The notes below the pieces were generated by a model. That model was not told the DNA's origin and did not search any database. It saw only the letters and a list, made by a program, of their open reading frames with translations. From an uncultured Pseudomonadota bacterium (GTDB taxonomy: Bacteria > Pseudomonadota > Alphaproteobacteria > RF32 > CAG-239): 64,000 nucleotides of DNA. How positions within the stretch are numbered: the first letter of the stretch is position 1; each line of letters begins with the position of its first letter. Positions 17,945 to 27,600 of the stretch are shown piece after piece. The position numbers and the translations under genes are program-made. The stretch covers positions 4,309 to 68,308 of the forward strand of contig CADAAN010000006.1 of assembly GCA_902785935.1 (NCBI GenBank), given 5' to 3'.

Positions 17945-18187
17945 TTACATATCAAGTGCTTTTCGATATGTATCAATCAAAAATTCCTGCTCATCGCGAG
18001 AGGCAGCGTCCATCTTGCGCAATTTTAAGATGGCGCGCATAATTTTGACATCAAATCCGGCACTTTTTGCCTCAGCAAAAACCTCACGGATATCTGTTGA
18101 GATTTCTTTTTTATCTTCTTCCAATTTTTCAATTCTTTCGATAAGCGAACGCAATCTGTCGCTTGCAATACCACCGACTTCGGCCAT
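17945..18187 (-). CDS. gapR: GapR (DUF2312) nucleoid-associated DNA-binding protein
   Basis: 80 aa. SDRLRSLIERIEKLEEDKKEISTDIREVFAEAKSAGFDVKIMRAILKLRK is typical of the alphaproteobacterial DUF2312 family. Confidence 0.85.
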   Translation of the reverse strand: MAEVGGIASDRLRSLIERIEKLEEDKKEISTDIREVFAEAKSAGFDVKIMRAILKLRKMDAASRDEQEFLIDTYRKALDM

Positions 18188-18330
18188 TTTTTTCCTCCGT
18201 ATAAAATATGGTTAAACTTTTTTTCTGAGCTATGAGATAACAAAAAAAACAAAGTTTGACAAGAGATATTTTTGAATTTTTTTTTGTTTGATTGAGCTTT
18301 GAAGCATTTAAAACCAAAAATTATACCCCG

Positions 18331-18367
18331 CCCGTCAAATTTTGCTTGACGGGTTGTTTCTTTTTTT
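18331..18367 (+). terminator. Terminator-like hairpin in the 5' region of the second aas paralog
   Basis: CCCGTCAA (18331-18338) pairs with TTGACGGG (18346-18353), followed by TTGTTTCTTTTTTT. There is no plus-strand gene upstream of it. Confidence 0.35.
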
Positions 18368-18404
18368 ATACAAACCGATATATAGATAACAACGGAGAAA
18401 TATT

Positions 18405-20579
18405 TTGAAAAACTTTGTGAGATTTTGTCTGCGTACGTTCTTTTATATCTTCAAGGTCAGATGCAACATCAAGTTTGACTTGAAGAAATTGCCTAAAAAA
18501 GGTGTTTATGTTTCAAACCACGTGTCTTATTTAGACCCGATTTTGCTCTTTGCCTTTTTGCCGGGCAATCCGATTTTTGCCTTAAACGGGCATTTGTATC
18601 GTCGAAGATTTATCCGTTTTTTGATGAAAACGGCTGATATTGTGGAATTTAATCCGATTGAACCGTCTGATTTGAAGGATTTAATCAATAAGGTGAACGA
18701 TAATCGTCTTGTGGTGATTTTTGCCGAAGGACGTATCACCGAAAGCGGCGGCTTGATGAAGATTTATGAGGCGCCGGGGCTTTTGGCGGACAAAACCAAT
18801 GCACCGATTATCCCGATTTGGATTGAAGGTCCGCAATATGGTTATTTTTCAAAGACAAAAGATAAATTGCCCCACAGACCGCTTCCTAAAATGCTGATTA
18901 CGGTCGGCAATCCGAAACCCTTAAAGCTTAAAGATGAGCTTCGTCGTCAGCGTGACCACTTAAGCAATGAAGTGTATCATATTTTGACGGATATGCAGTT
19001 TTCAATTACCTACAATCCGAATATTTCGATTTTTGCACAGCTTGTCAAAACATCTAAAGTATATTCAAAAACGGGCTTTTTCTTTAAACGTCCGATGGTG
19101 ATTGAAGATATTAACCGCAAACCGATGAGCTATAAGGATTTGTTGCTCCGTGTTTATTTACTCGGTAAGTTTTTTAAGAAAAAAGCCGCGCATATGGAGC
19201 ATGTCGGCTTGATGTTGCCGAATACAATCGCGGCTGCGGCAACGTTTTTGGGGTTATCCGCGTATGAGCGAATCCCTGTCATGCTGAACTTTTCAGTAGG
19301 TGCCAAAAACCTGATTTCAATGTGCAAAACAGCGGAAGTAAAGCTTGTGATTACGTCAATCGCCTTTATTAAAACGGCAAAAATGGAGCCGGTGATTGAA
19401 GTCTTAAAATCAAATGGTATCGAGGTCTTTTATCTTGAAAGTTTGGCTAAAAAATTAGGGATTATCAGCAAATTGGGTGCCATGCTTCGTTATAAAACAA
19501 AGCGTATCCCGCACCGTCACGGCGGCAACAGAAAAGCGGCTATTTTATTTACGTCAGGCTCTGAAGGTGCTCCGAAGGCCGTTGTTTTAAGCCATGCCAA
19601 CATTATCTCTAACATCAAACAAGTTACAACGGTCGAAACAATCAATATGAAGGATTTGGTCTTTAATGCCATGCCGATGTTCCACAGCTTCGGACTGACA
19701 ATCGGTACATTGTTCCCGCTTTTAGAGGGGGGCAGGGTGTTTTTGTATCCTTCGCCGTTGCATTATCGCGTGATTGCTGAATTGATTTATGAGCTGGGTG
19801 CGACAATTTTGTTCGGGACAGATACCTTTTTCAGAGGTTATGGACGAATCGCGCATCCGTACGATTTTTATAACGTTCGGTTTATGTATGCCGGTGCTGA
19901 GGCTGTTAAACTTGATACGCGTAATTTGTTTATGGAGCGGATGGGCGTGCGCATTATGGAAGCATACGGTGTGACGGAATGTGCGCCGTTTGTGGCAGCC
20001 AACAATCACGTTTACAGTCGATTCGGCTCAATCGGCAAAATTGTGCCGGGGATTGAGTATAAGTTAGAGCCTGTGCCCGGGATTGAAAAAGGCGGAGAGC
20101 TTGTCGTTAAAGGTCCGAATATTATGATGGGCTATATCATGCCTGATAAACCCGGGGTTTTGGTACCCTTAAAAGACGGCTGGTATCATACGGGTGATGT
20201 GGTTGAAATTGATGAAATCGGCTATGTCTTTATCAAAGACCGCATCAAACGCTTTGCTAAAATCGGCGGTGAGATGGTGTCCTTAAATGCCGTACAGGAT
20301 ATGGTTATCAAGGCTTATGAATGGATGGGGCCTGACTTTAGTTATGGTATTGTTTCCGTACCGCATGAAAGCAAGGGTGAGCAAATCGTCTTGGTCACGA
20401 ACAACAATCAGGTCAAACAGGAAGTTTTGCATGACTATATCAAAAACAATGGTATGTCTGAGCTGTTTTTGCCTCGAACCATCCTGTATCATGAAAAAAT
20501 TCCGGCCTTTTTGACAGGTAAAACCGATAACGTTACCTTGAAAAAAGAAGTGATGGAAGAATTGGGCTTAAATAAATAA
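18405..20579 (+). CDS. Second Aas-like acyltransferase / acyl-ACP synthetase paralog
   Basis: 724 aa with NHVSYLDP and FTSGSEGAPKAVVLS. Collinear with the 9998-12169 protein and roughly 60% identical by eye. TTG start with GGAG 7 nt upstream. Confidence 0.8.
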   Translation: MKNFVRFCLRTFFYIFKVRCNIKFDLKKLPKKGVYVSNHVSYLDPILLFAFLPGNPIFALNGHLYRRRFIRFLMKTADIVEFNPIEPSDLKDLINKVNDNRLVVIFAEGRITESGGLMKIYEAPGLLADKTNAPIIPIWIEGPQYGYFSKTKDKLPHRPLPKMLITVGNPKPLKLKDELRRQRDHLSNEVYHILTDMQFSITYNPNISIFAQLVKTSKVYSKTGFFFKRPMVIEDINRKPMSYKDLLLRVYLLGKFFKKKAAHMEHVGLMLPNTIAAAATFLGLSAYERIPVMLNFSVGAKNLISMCKTAEVKLVITSIAFIKTAKMEPVIEVLKSNGIEVFYLESLAKKLGIISKLGAMLRYKTKRIPHRHGGNRKAAILFTSGSEGAPKAVVLSHANIISNIKQVTTVETINMKDLVFNAMPMFHSFGLTIGTLFPLLEGGRVFLYPSPLHYRVIAELIYELGATILFGTDTFFRGYGRIAHPYDFYNVRFMYAGAEAVKLDTRNLFMERMGVRIMEAYGVTECAPFVAANNHVYSRFGSIGKIVPGIEYKLEPVPGIEKGGELVVKGPNIMMGYIMPDKPGVLVPLKDGWYHTGDVVEIDEIGYVFIKDRIKRFAKIGGEMVSLNAVQDMVIKAYEWMGPDFSYGIVSVPHESKGEQIVLVTNNNQVKQEVLHDYIKNNGMSELFLPRTILYHEKIPAFLTGKTDNVTLKKEVMEELGLNK

Positions 20580-20593
20580 GCCCAACCTGCTTT

Positions 20594-21493
20594 TTATCTG
20601 TACCTGATTTTGACCGAATTGACTTTGCCTGCGATGGCATTTGCTTCATCGATGGTGTAGATACGCTTTGGGATATAATCTCCTTTTTGCATCGCGGAAA
20701 TTGAGGCATAAGTTTTCTCACCGATACGATATTTCCCGTCAGGTGTCTTAGAATAATGAATAATTTTCGGGTTTTTACCCGTTTGAAGCGCTATTCTTGA
20801 ACATACCTCTTCGGAAGCCGCACAATATAGTTTTTGAAGGTTTGTGTTTGTAAAAGCTTCATCATCAATATTTGTCACACTATTCGGAATAACAAGTGTT
20901 TCAAGTGTTGAAATATCAGCAAGAGACGTCCAACCGATTGAGGTTACACCTTCAGGGATTTCCAGATTTTTAAGTTTTGTTCCGACAAAAGCTCTATCAG
21001 GAATTTCTGTTTGAGCCTGCCCAAGCATCAAATAATCTATTTTTGTTGCCGCAAAACTCCAAGCACCGACATATTGAAGATTTAGAGGTGTATTAATTTC
21101 TTTTAATAAATCTGCACCCTGAAATGCAGCACCGCCAATTTGTTCAATAGAATCCGGCAAATCAATACTGCTGATTTTTGTATAAGCAAGTGTATAACTA
21201 CCGATATTGGTTAAAGAATCCGGCAATGAGACACTTCGAATAGTTTCAAGTTTTTCAACCCATGGTGTTCCCGGCCTTTGGTTTTTAGAATCCCATTCGT
21301 AATTTGTCATTTTTCCGACAGGTGCATTTTCATCTTTGGCTTCAATTGAAAAAAGACCTGTCTGCTCATTTAGTCTGGCAAGGCAATTAGCGCCGCAATC
21401 CCAACAATTGATGTTTAAATCATCACCGCAAGTATTGACTGCTTTAGCTTGAGAGCTCATTGTCAGTAAAAAAAATAAAATCCATTTTCTCAT
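20594..21493 (-). CDS. Secreted BspA-type LRR protein with conserved C-terminal tag
   Basis: Signal peptide (..SSQAKA-VN), Cys-rich N-terminus, LRR_5 repeats. C-terminus KRIYTIDEANAIAGKVNSVKIRYR. Confidence 0.85.
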   Translation of the reverse strand: MRKWILFFLLTMSSQAKAVNTCGDDLNINCWDCGANCLARLNEQTGLFSIEAKDENAPVGKMTNYEWDSKNQRPGTPWVEKLETIRSVSLPDSLTNIGSYTLAYTKISSIDLPDSIEQIGGAAFQGADLLKEINTPLNLQYVGAWSFAATKIDYLMLGQAQTEIPDRAFVGTKLKNLEIPEGVTSIGWTSLADISTLETLVIPNSVTNIDDEAFTNTNLQKLYCAASEEVCSRIALQTGKNPKIIHYSKTPDGKYRIGEKTYASISAMQKGDYIPKRIYTIDEANAIAGKVNSVKIRYR

Positions 21494-21511
21494 ATTTTTT
21501 CTCCATTATGC

Positions 21512-21711
21512 AAAATAAAAAACCGTTTAAGATAAACCAAAAACGGAGGAGCTAAACGAACTGCACTAAATCAGTTAAGCTTATTCGAGGTATTAACCCT
21601 TATATCACTTACTCCTCTCTAAAGGAGTATATTTTTAGTGCAAGTGTCGTTTAAACACCGCAACCATTTTGGTTACGCTTTCATTTAAGCATATATCAAA
21701 ATACTTGTCAA
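21512..21711 (-). promoter_or_regulatory. Leader family A, copy A2: promoter + structured leader + terminator
   Basis: Minus strand: TTGACA (21711-21706), 17 nt, TTAAAT (21688-21683). GTAACCAAAATGGTTGCGGTG starts at 21676. The terminator CCGTTT/AAACGG plus T-run ends near 21512. Confidence 0.7.
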
Positions 21712-21846
21712 GATGTTTTTAGCCTCTGTCACAATCGGCAACAAAATGTGCATTGATAATTGGGGCTAACGCGGCAATATCAGTTGATATATCTGAAAAT
21801 CATTTTATAATCAGCGTATGTTTTTGAACTTTGGAGAACTTTAAAT

Positions 21847-22812
21847 ATGTCTGAAAATAAAGATATTATCGTCGCAAAAGAGGCGATTGATCGCGAAGTT
21901 GAAGCTTTGGAAATGATGAAAGATGAACTTGATGATACGTTGAGCAAAGTCTTGGATGTCATCTTAAAATGCAAGGGTCGCGTGATTGTGACAGGCATGG
22001 GCAAATCCGGTCATATCGGTCGCAAAATTGCGGCAACGTTTGCCTCGACAGGTACGCCGTCTTTCTTTGTTCACCCCGGTGAGGCCAGTCATGGTGACCT
22101 TGGGATGCTTACCGATGAAGATGTTGTTTTGGCGATTTCAAATGGTGGTGAATCAAAGGAATTGTCTGATATTTTGATGTATTGCAAACGCTATAATATC
22201 CCGTTGATTGCTATGACGAAAAATCCAAACAGCACCCTTGGCAAAGCAGGTGATTATCTGTTAAAATTGCCTGATGATGGTGAAGCCTGTCCTTTGGGCT
22301 TGGCACCGACATCATCAACAACCGCAACGCTCGTGATGGGTGATGTGATTGCAATTGCTTTGATGGAGCGCAAAGGTTTTTCTGAAACGGATTACAAACG
22401 TCGTCATCCTGGTGGAAAATTGGGCGCCATGCTTTGCAAAGTTTCAGATTTAATGCATTCGGGCGATGAAATGCCGATTATCCACGATGACGCCATTATG
22501 CAAGAGGCTTTGATGGTCATGAGCGAAAAAATGCTTGGTTGCGTTGGTATTGTTGATAAAAAAGGCTTGCTTGTCGGGATGATTACCGATGGCGATTTAC
22601 GCCGCTGGATGTCACCGAATTTGATTGAAGAAAAAGTGTCAACAGTGATGACCAAAAATCCGAAAACCATTCGCCCCGATGTATTGGCAAGTGAGGCCGT
22701 CTATGTAATGAATAATACGGGCCGAGGTATCACAAACCTGTTTGCAGTTGAAGACGGTAAACCTGTCGGATTAATTCACATTCATGATTGTTTGCGTGCC
22801 GGAGTGATTTAA
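21847..22812 (+). CDS. kdsD: Arabinose-5-phosphate isomerase (KpsF/KdsD; SIS + 2 CBS domains)
   Basis: GMGKSGHIGRKIAATFASTGTPSFFVHPGEASHGDLGM plus C-terminal CBS pairs. Located upstream of the lpt genes. Confidence 0.9.
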   Translation: MSENKDIIVAKEAIDREVEALEMMKDELDDTLSKVLDVILKCKGRVIVTGMGKSGHIGRKIAATFASTGTPSFFVHPGEASHGDLGMLTDEDVVLAISNGGESKELSDILMYCKRYNIPLIAMTKNPNSTLGKAGDYLLKLPDDGEACPLGLAPTSSTTATLVMGDVIAIALMERKGFSETDYKRRHPGGKLGAMLCKVSDLMHSGDEMPIIHDDAIMQEALMVMSEKMLGCVGIVDKKGLLVGMITDGDLRRWMSPNLIEEKVSTVMTKNPKTIRPDVLASEAVYVMNNTGRGITNLFAVEDGKPVGLIHIHDCLRAGVI

Positions 22813-23748
22813 TTGGTTGATGTAAAAAAAATAGATGCTTTTTTTGAGCATGCGCAGCCTCTCAAAACACACCAGAAAGCTCATCAAAGCAAGCGTGAGC
22901 GTTATTATAAAATACTCAAACTTCTGATGCCGTCGGTTGCGGCCGTTTTGATTTCGCTGATTTTGATCTTCCCGCATTTAAAGAAAAATAATTTTGTGTC
23001 GCAGTACGATTTAACGGCGCCAAAAATGGGTGAATTAGAAAAATTGCATGTTGAAAAAACATCGTTTTCAATGACGGATATCGATGGCAAAATCAGCACA
23101 TTTACTGCAGAGTTGATGGAAGAAACGGCGCCTTCGTCGAAGGTTGTGCGTCTAACCCGTCCGAAAGGAAAAATCGCACTTGATCAAGATAAATATGCCG
23201 ACATCAGTGCTGATACGGGTTATTATGACCAGAATGGCAATATTGTCACGGCACAAAATAACGTTTTGGCCGTATACGATAATGATACAACGATTGAAAC
23301 ATCTGCCGCAGAATATGATTTTTCAAAAAATTACGGCAAAGGCGATGCGGCCGTTTATGCCTTCGGCAGTTGGGGAAAGTTGTGGGCAGATGCTTTTGCA
23401 TTTGACAAGACAAGCGAAATATTATACTTAAAAGGCAAATCAAAGGTAGAGCATTTGGAAAACACCTTAACTTCGACCGATGAAATGCGTTACAACAAGC
23501 CGCAAAACAAGCTGGAGGCATTCGGCAACGTTGTCTTAAGAAGACCCGATATGACGCTTTACGCCGATAAAGCCGTATTGTTTTTAGAGGATTTAAAAAA
23601 CAATACGATTAAGCAAATTGAAGCGTTCGGCAATGGCGATAAGGCTGTGTTTAATACAAAAACATCGGTTGCAAAAATGCTTTCATACTCAAAAAACAAC
23701 CGCGTTACAGGTGTTATTCGCGGGACACAAATCAAAGGAAAAAAATAA
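22813..23748 (+). CDS. LptC-like protein with extended OstA/LptA-like C-terminal region
   Basis: N-terminal TM anchor (LLMPSVAAVLISLILIF) and OstA-like beta-jellyroll repeats through to the C-terminus (LEAFGNVVLRRPDMTLYADKAVLF...IEAFGNGDKAVF). There is no separate lptA before lptB. The TTG start immediately after the kdsD stop is uncertain. Confidence 0.6.
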   Translation: MVDVKKIDAFFEHAQPLKTHQKAHQSKRERYYKILKLLMPSVAAVLISLILIFPHLKKNNFVSQYDLTAPKMGELEKLHVEKTSFSMTDIDGKISTFTAELMEETAPSSKVVRLTRPKGKIALDQDKYADISADTGYYDQNGNIVTAQNNVLAVYDNDTTIETSAAEYDFSKNYGKGDAAVYAFGSWGKLWADAFAFDKTSEILYLKGKSKVEHLENTLTSTDEMRYNKPQNKLEAFGNVVLRRPDMTLYADKAVLFLEDLKNNTIKQIEAFGNGDKAVFNTKTSVAKMLSYSKNNRVTGVIRGTQIKGKK

Positions 23749-24491
23749 TGAAAAAAAATAATCAGGACAATCGTGTTTTAGAAATTTTTAACATCGGTAA
23801 AAAATACAAAAACCGTTCTGTTTTAAAAAATGTTTCTTTACATGTCAAACAAGGCGAGGCTGTCGGCTTGCTCGGGCCGAACGGCGCCGGTAAAACCACG
23901 TGTTTTTATTGTGTCATCGGTTTGATTACACCTGATTACGGTGATGTGCATTTGGGCGGTGAAGATATTACAAATATGCCGATGTATCAGCGTGCGCGTA
24001 TGGGTATCGGATATTTGCCGCAAGAAGCATCTATTTTCAGAGCTTTAACGGTTGAAGACAACATTAAAGCGATTTTAGAAATTATCGAAAACGATGAAAA
24101 TAAACGCGAAGCAAAGCTTGAGGAATTGCTTGATGAGTTTTCAATTGCGCATTTGAGAAAATCACCGGCAGTCGCACTTTCCGGCGGCGAGCGCAGGCGT
24201 CTTGAAATTGCACGTGCGCTGGCTTCAAACCCTGATTTTATTTTGCTTGATGAGCCGCTTGCCGGTATTGACCCGATTGCTGTCGGCGAGATTAGATCTC
24301 TTGTATCGCAACTCAAAAACAGGGGTTTAGGTGTTTTGATTACGGATCATAACGTCAGAGAAACGCTTGACATTATTGATAGAGCATACATTCTCCACGG
24401 CGGAAGCGTTTTGATGGAGGGTACACCTGATGAAATTGTTAAGAATAAAGAAGTTCGTCAGGTCTATCTTGGCGAAGATTTCTCGATGTAG
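23748..24491 (+). CDS. lptB: LPS export ABC transporter ATPase
   Basis: GPNGAGKTT, LSGGERRRLEIARAL and ILLDEP motifs. Start overlaps the upstream stop (TAATG). Confidence 0.9.
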   Translation: MKKNNQDNRVLEIFNIGKKYKNRSVLKNVSLHVKQGEAVGLLGPNGAGKTTCFYCVIGLITPDYGDVHLGGEDITNMPMYQRARMGIGYLPQEASIFRALTVEDNIKAILEIIENDENKREAKLEELLDEFSIAHLRKSPAVALSGGERRRLEIARALASNPDFILLDEPLAGIDPIAVGEIRSLVSQLKNRGLGVLITDHNVRETLDIIDRAYILHGGSVLMEGTPDEIVKNKEVRQVYLGEDFSM

Positions 24492-24590
24492 TGCAATTTT
24501 TTCTTGACGCTCGGCAAAAGATGTTATATGGTGCAAAAAGTTTAGGAAAAAGAGATGCTTTATTTAAATATTCAAATACCATTCATCATT

Positions 24591-24616
24591 ATCCCCTAAG
24601 GGGATGCATCTTTTTA
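24591..24616 (+). terminator. Terminator after lptB
   Basis: ATCCCC-taa-GGGGAT hairpin followed by GCATCTTTTT. Confidence 0.5.
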
Positions 24617-24683
24617 TATAAAATCAAAAACTTAATCAATCAAATTCAATTAATAATTTAAATTTTAAATGTAGGTTAAAACA

Positions 24684-27600
24684 ATGAAACATTATGCCGA
24701 AATAGGAGCAAAACCTGATTTTGTGAAACTTGAAAAAGAAGTCTTGAAATTTTGGGATGAGGATAAAACTTTTGAAAAATCCGTTCACAATCGTGACGGT
24801 GCCGCTGAGTTTGTGTTTTACGACGGCCCTCCGTTTGCAAACGGAACGCCGCACTATGGTCATATTATGGTCAGCTATGTCAAAGATGTTGTCGCACGCT
24901 TTCAGACCATGATGGGCAAAAAGGTTGAGCGTCGCTTGGGCTGGGATTGTCACGGACTTCCGGCCGAAATGTCGGCTGAAAAACAGCTTGGTGTTTCGGG
25001 GCGCAAGCAGATTGAAGAATACGGCGTTGAAAAATTTAATGATTTTTGCAGAGCTGACGTTTTGAAATATTCTTCAATTTGGGTTGATATGTTCAAGCGT
25101 ATCGGGCGTTGGGTCGATTTCAGCCATGATTATAAAACGATGGATTTGAGCTTTATGGAAAGCGTGATTAAAAACTTTAAGACCCTTTATGACAAAGGCC
25201 TTGTATATGAAGATTATCGCGTTTTGCCGTATTCTTGGGCAGCTCAAACGCCGCTTTCAAATTTTGAGGTCAATCAAGGCTATCAGGAAAAAACGGATAA
25301 CGCCATTACCGTGATGTTTGAGCTGGAAACGGGTGATAAAATTCTTGTTTGGACGACAACGCCATGGACGCTTCCTTCAAACTTAATGCTTGCGGTGGGC
25401 AAAGATATTGATTATGCCGTGATGCAAGAAGAAGACGGACAAAAATATATCATTGCCGAAGCTCGTTTAGGCGCATACAAAAAACAGCTTGAACATGCGG
25501 TCAAGGTCGGCTCTGTGAAAGGTGCTGATTTGGTCGGGCTTTCATATAAGCCGATGTTTAAATATTTTGAAGGCTTAAAAGCAAAAGGTGCATTTAAGGT
25601 ACTTTCGGGTGAATTTGTTTCAACCGAAGACGGTACGGGTGTTGTGCATATTGCCCCGGGATTTGGACAGGATGACTTTGATGCCTGCCGTGCATACGAT
25701 GAAAATTTTCCGATTGTTTGCCCTGTTGATGAGGCAGGTAAGTTTACGTCTGAAGTGCCTGATTATGAAGGCAAACAGGTTTTTGAAACAAATGAGCCGA
25801 TTATGACCTGGCTTAAAACAAACGGACTTCTTGTGAAAAAAGAGCAATATACGCACTCTTATCCGTTTTGCTGGCGCACCGACACCCCGCTTATTTATAA
25901 AGCGATGTCATCTTGGTTTGTCAAAGTCACTGATTTTAAGGATGAGATGGTCAGGAACAATCAAGAAATTAACTGGGTGCCAGAGCATATCAAAGACGGC
26001 CGTTTCGGAAAATGGCTTGAGGGTGCAAGAGATTGGTCGATTTCGCGCAATCGTTTTTGGGGTACGCCGATTCCCGTTTGGAAATCTGACAATCCGAAAT
26101 TCCCCCGCATTGATGTTTTCGGCTCGATTAATGAAATTAAAGAAAAAACAGGCTTTGATGTCAAAAATTTGCACAAGCCGTATATTGATGAGGTTGTTTA
26201 CCCTAACCCCGACGATCCGTCTGGTCAGACCATGATGCGCAGAGTTTCGGATGTGTTTGACTGTTGGTTTGAATCGGGCTCAATGCCGTATGCGCAGGTG
26301 CATTATCCGTTTGACAACAAAGCGTGGTTTGAAAATCACTTTCCGGCAGATTTTATTGTTGAAGCGATGGATCAGACAAGAGGTTGGTTTTACACATTGA
26401 CCGTTTTATCAACGGCTTTGATGGGCAAACCGGCATTTAAGAATTGCATTTGCACGGGGCTTTTGATGGCCGAAGGCGGACAAAAGCTTTCTAAAAGGCT
26501 TAAAAACTATCCTGACCCGAACGAGGTTTTAGAAAACATCGGTTCTGAGGCTTTGAGATGGTTTTTGGTTTCATCACCTGTCTTGAAGGGCGGCAATTTA
26601 GCTGTTGATAAAGAAGGCAAAGAGATATCAAAAGCGTTGCGCTCGGCATTAATTCCGCTGTGGAATGCGTTTTATTTCTTCGTTTTGTATGCCAATGCGG
26701 AAGAATATCAAGCCAAAGAAATCACTTCTTCAAGCGAGGCGATTGATAATTACATTTTATCAAAACTCAAAGTTTTGCGCGACCATGTAGAACACGGTCT
26801 TTCGACCTATGATGTATCTGAGGCCACGACAGAAGCAACAAACTTTATGGAAGTTTTGAACAACTGGTATATTCGCCGCACGCGCGATCGTTTTTGGTCA
26901 GGCGACAAGCAAGCTTTTGATACGCTTTATACCGTGCTTGTGGTTTTAAGCAAAATTCTGGCACCGTTGATGCCGTTTTTGAGTGAGTATGTTTATAAAA
27001 ATCTGACCAAGGGCGAATCAGTGCATTTGATTGATTTTCCAAAACTTGAAGATATCAAGGTTGATGAAGAATTGGTCAAAGATATGGATTTTGTGCAGTC
27101 ACTTTGTTCGGCCGGTAAATTTATCCGTGAAGAGAAAAATTTAAGAGGCCGTCTGCCGCTTGCATCATTGACGCTTGTCGGGGCTGAATTAACACCGGCT
27201 TATCAGGATATTGTCAAAGACGAGCTTAATGTCAAAGAGGTCAGGTTTGATAACAATTTGAGCCTTTATGCCGACAAAAAGCTATACCTTTATACGCCGC
27301 TTTTGGGCAAAACGCTCGGCAAAGATATGGGCAAAGTCATGGCCGCATACAAGCAAAATGAGTGGAGCTTGAACGATGACGGCACTTTAAATATTGCAGG
27401 GCTAAATTTGGCAAAAGACTTGTTTGAAGTTCGCCTTGATATGAAAGAGGGTATCGCGGGGCTTTCTTTTGCAGACAACAAGGCTGTTGTGATGCTTGAT
27501 ACCAATTTAACGCCTGAACTTAAGCGTGAGGGTATGGCGCGTGACTTTGTGCGTATGGTACAAACGATGCGTAAAGAAAAAGACTTTAACATTTCAGACC

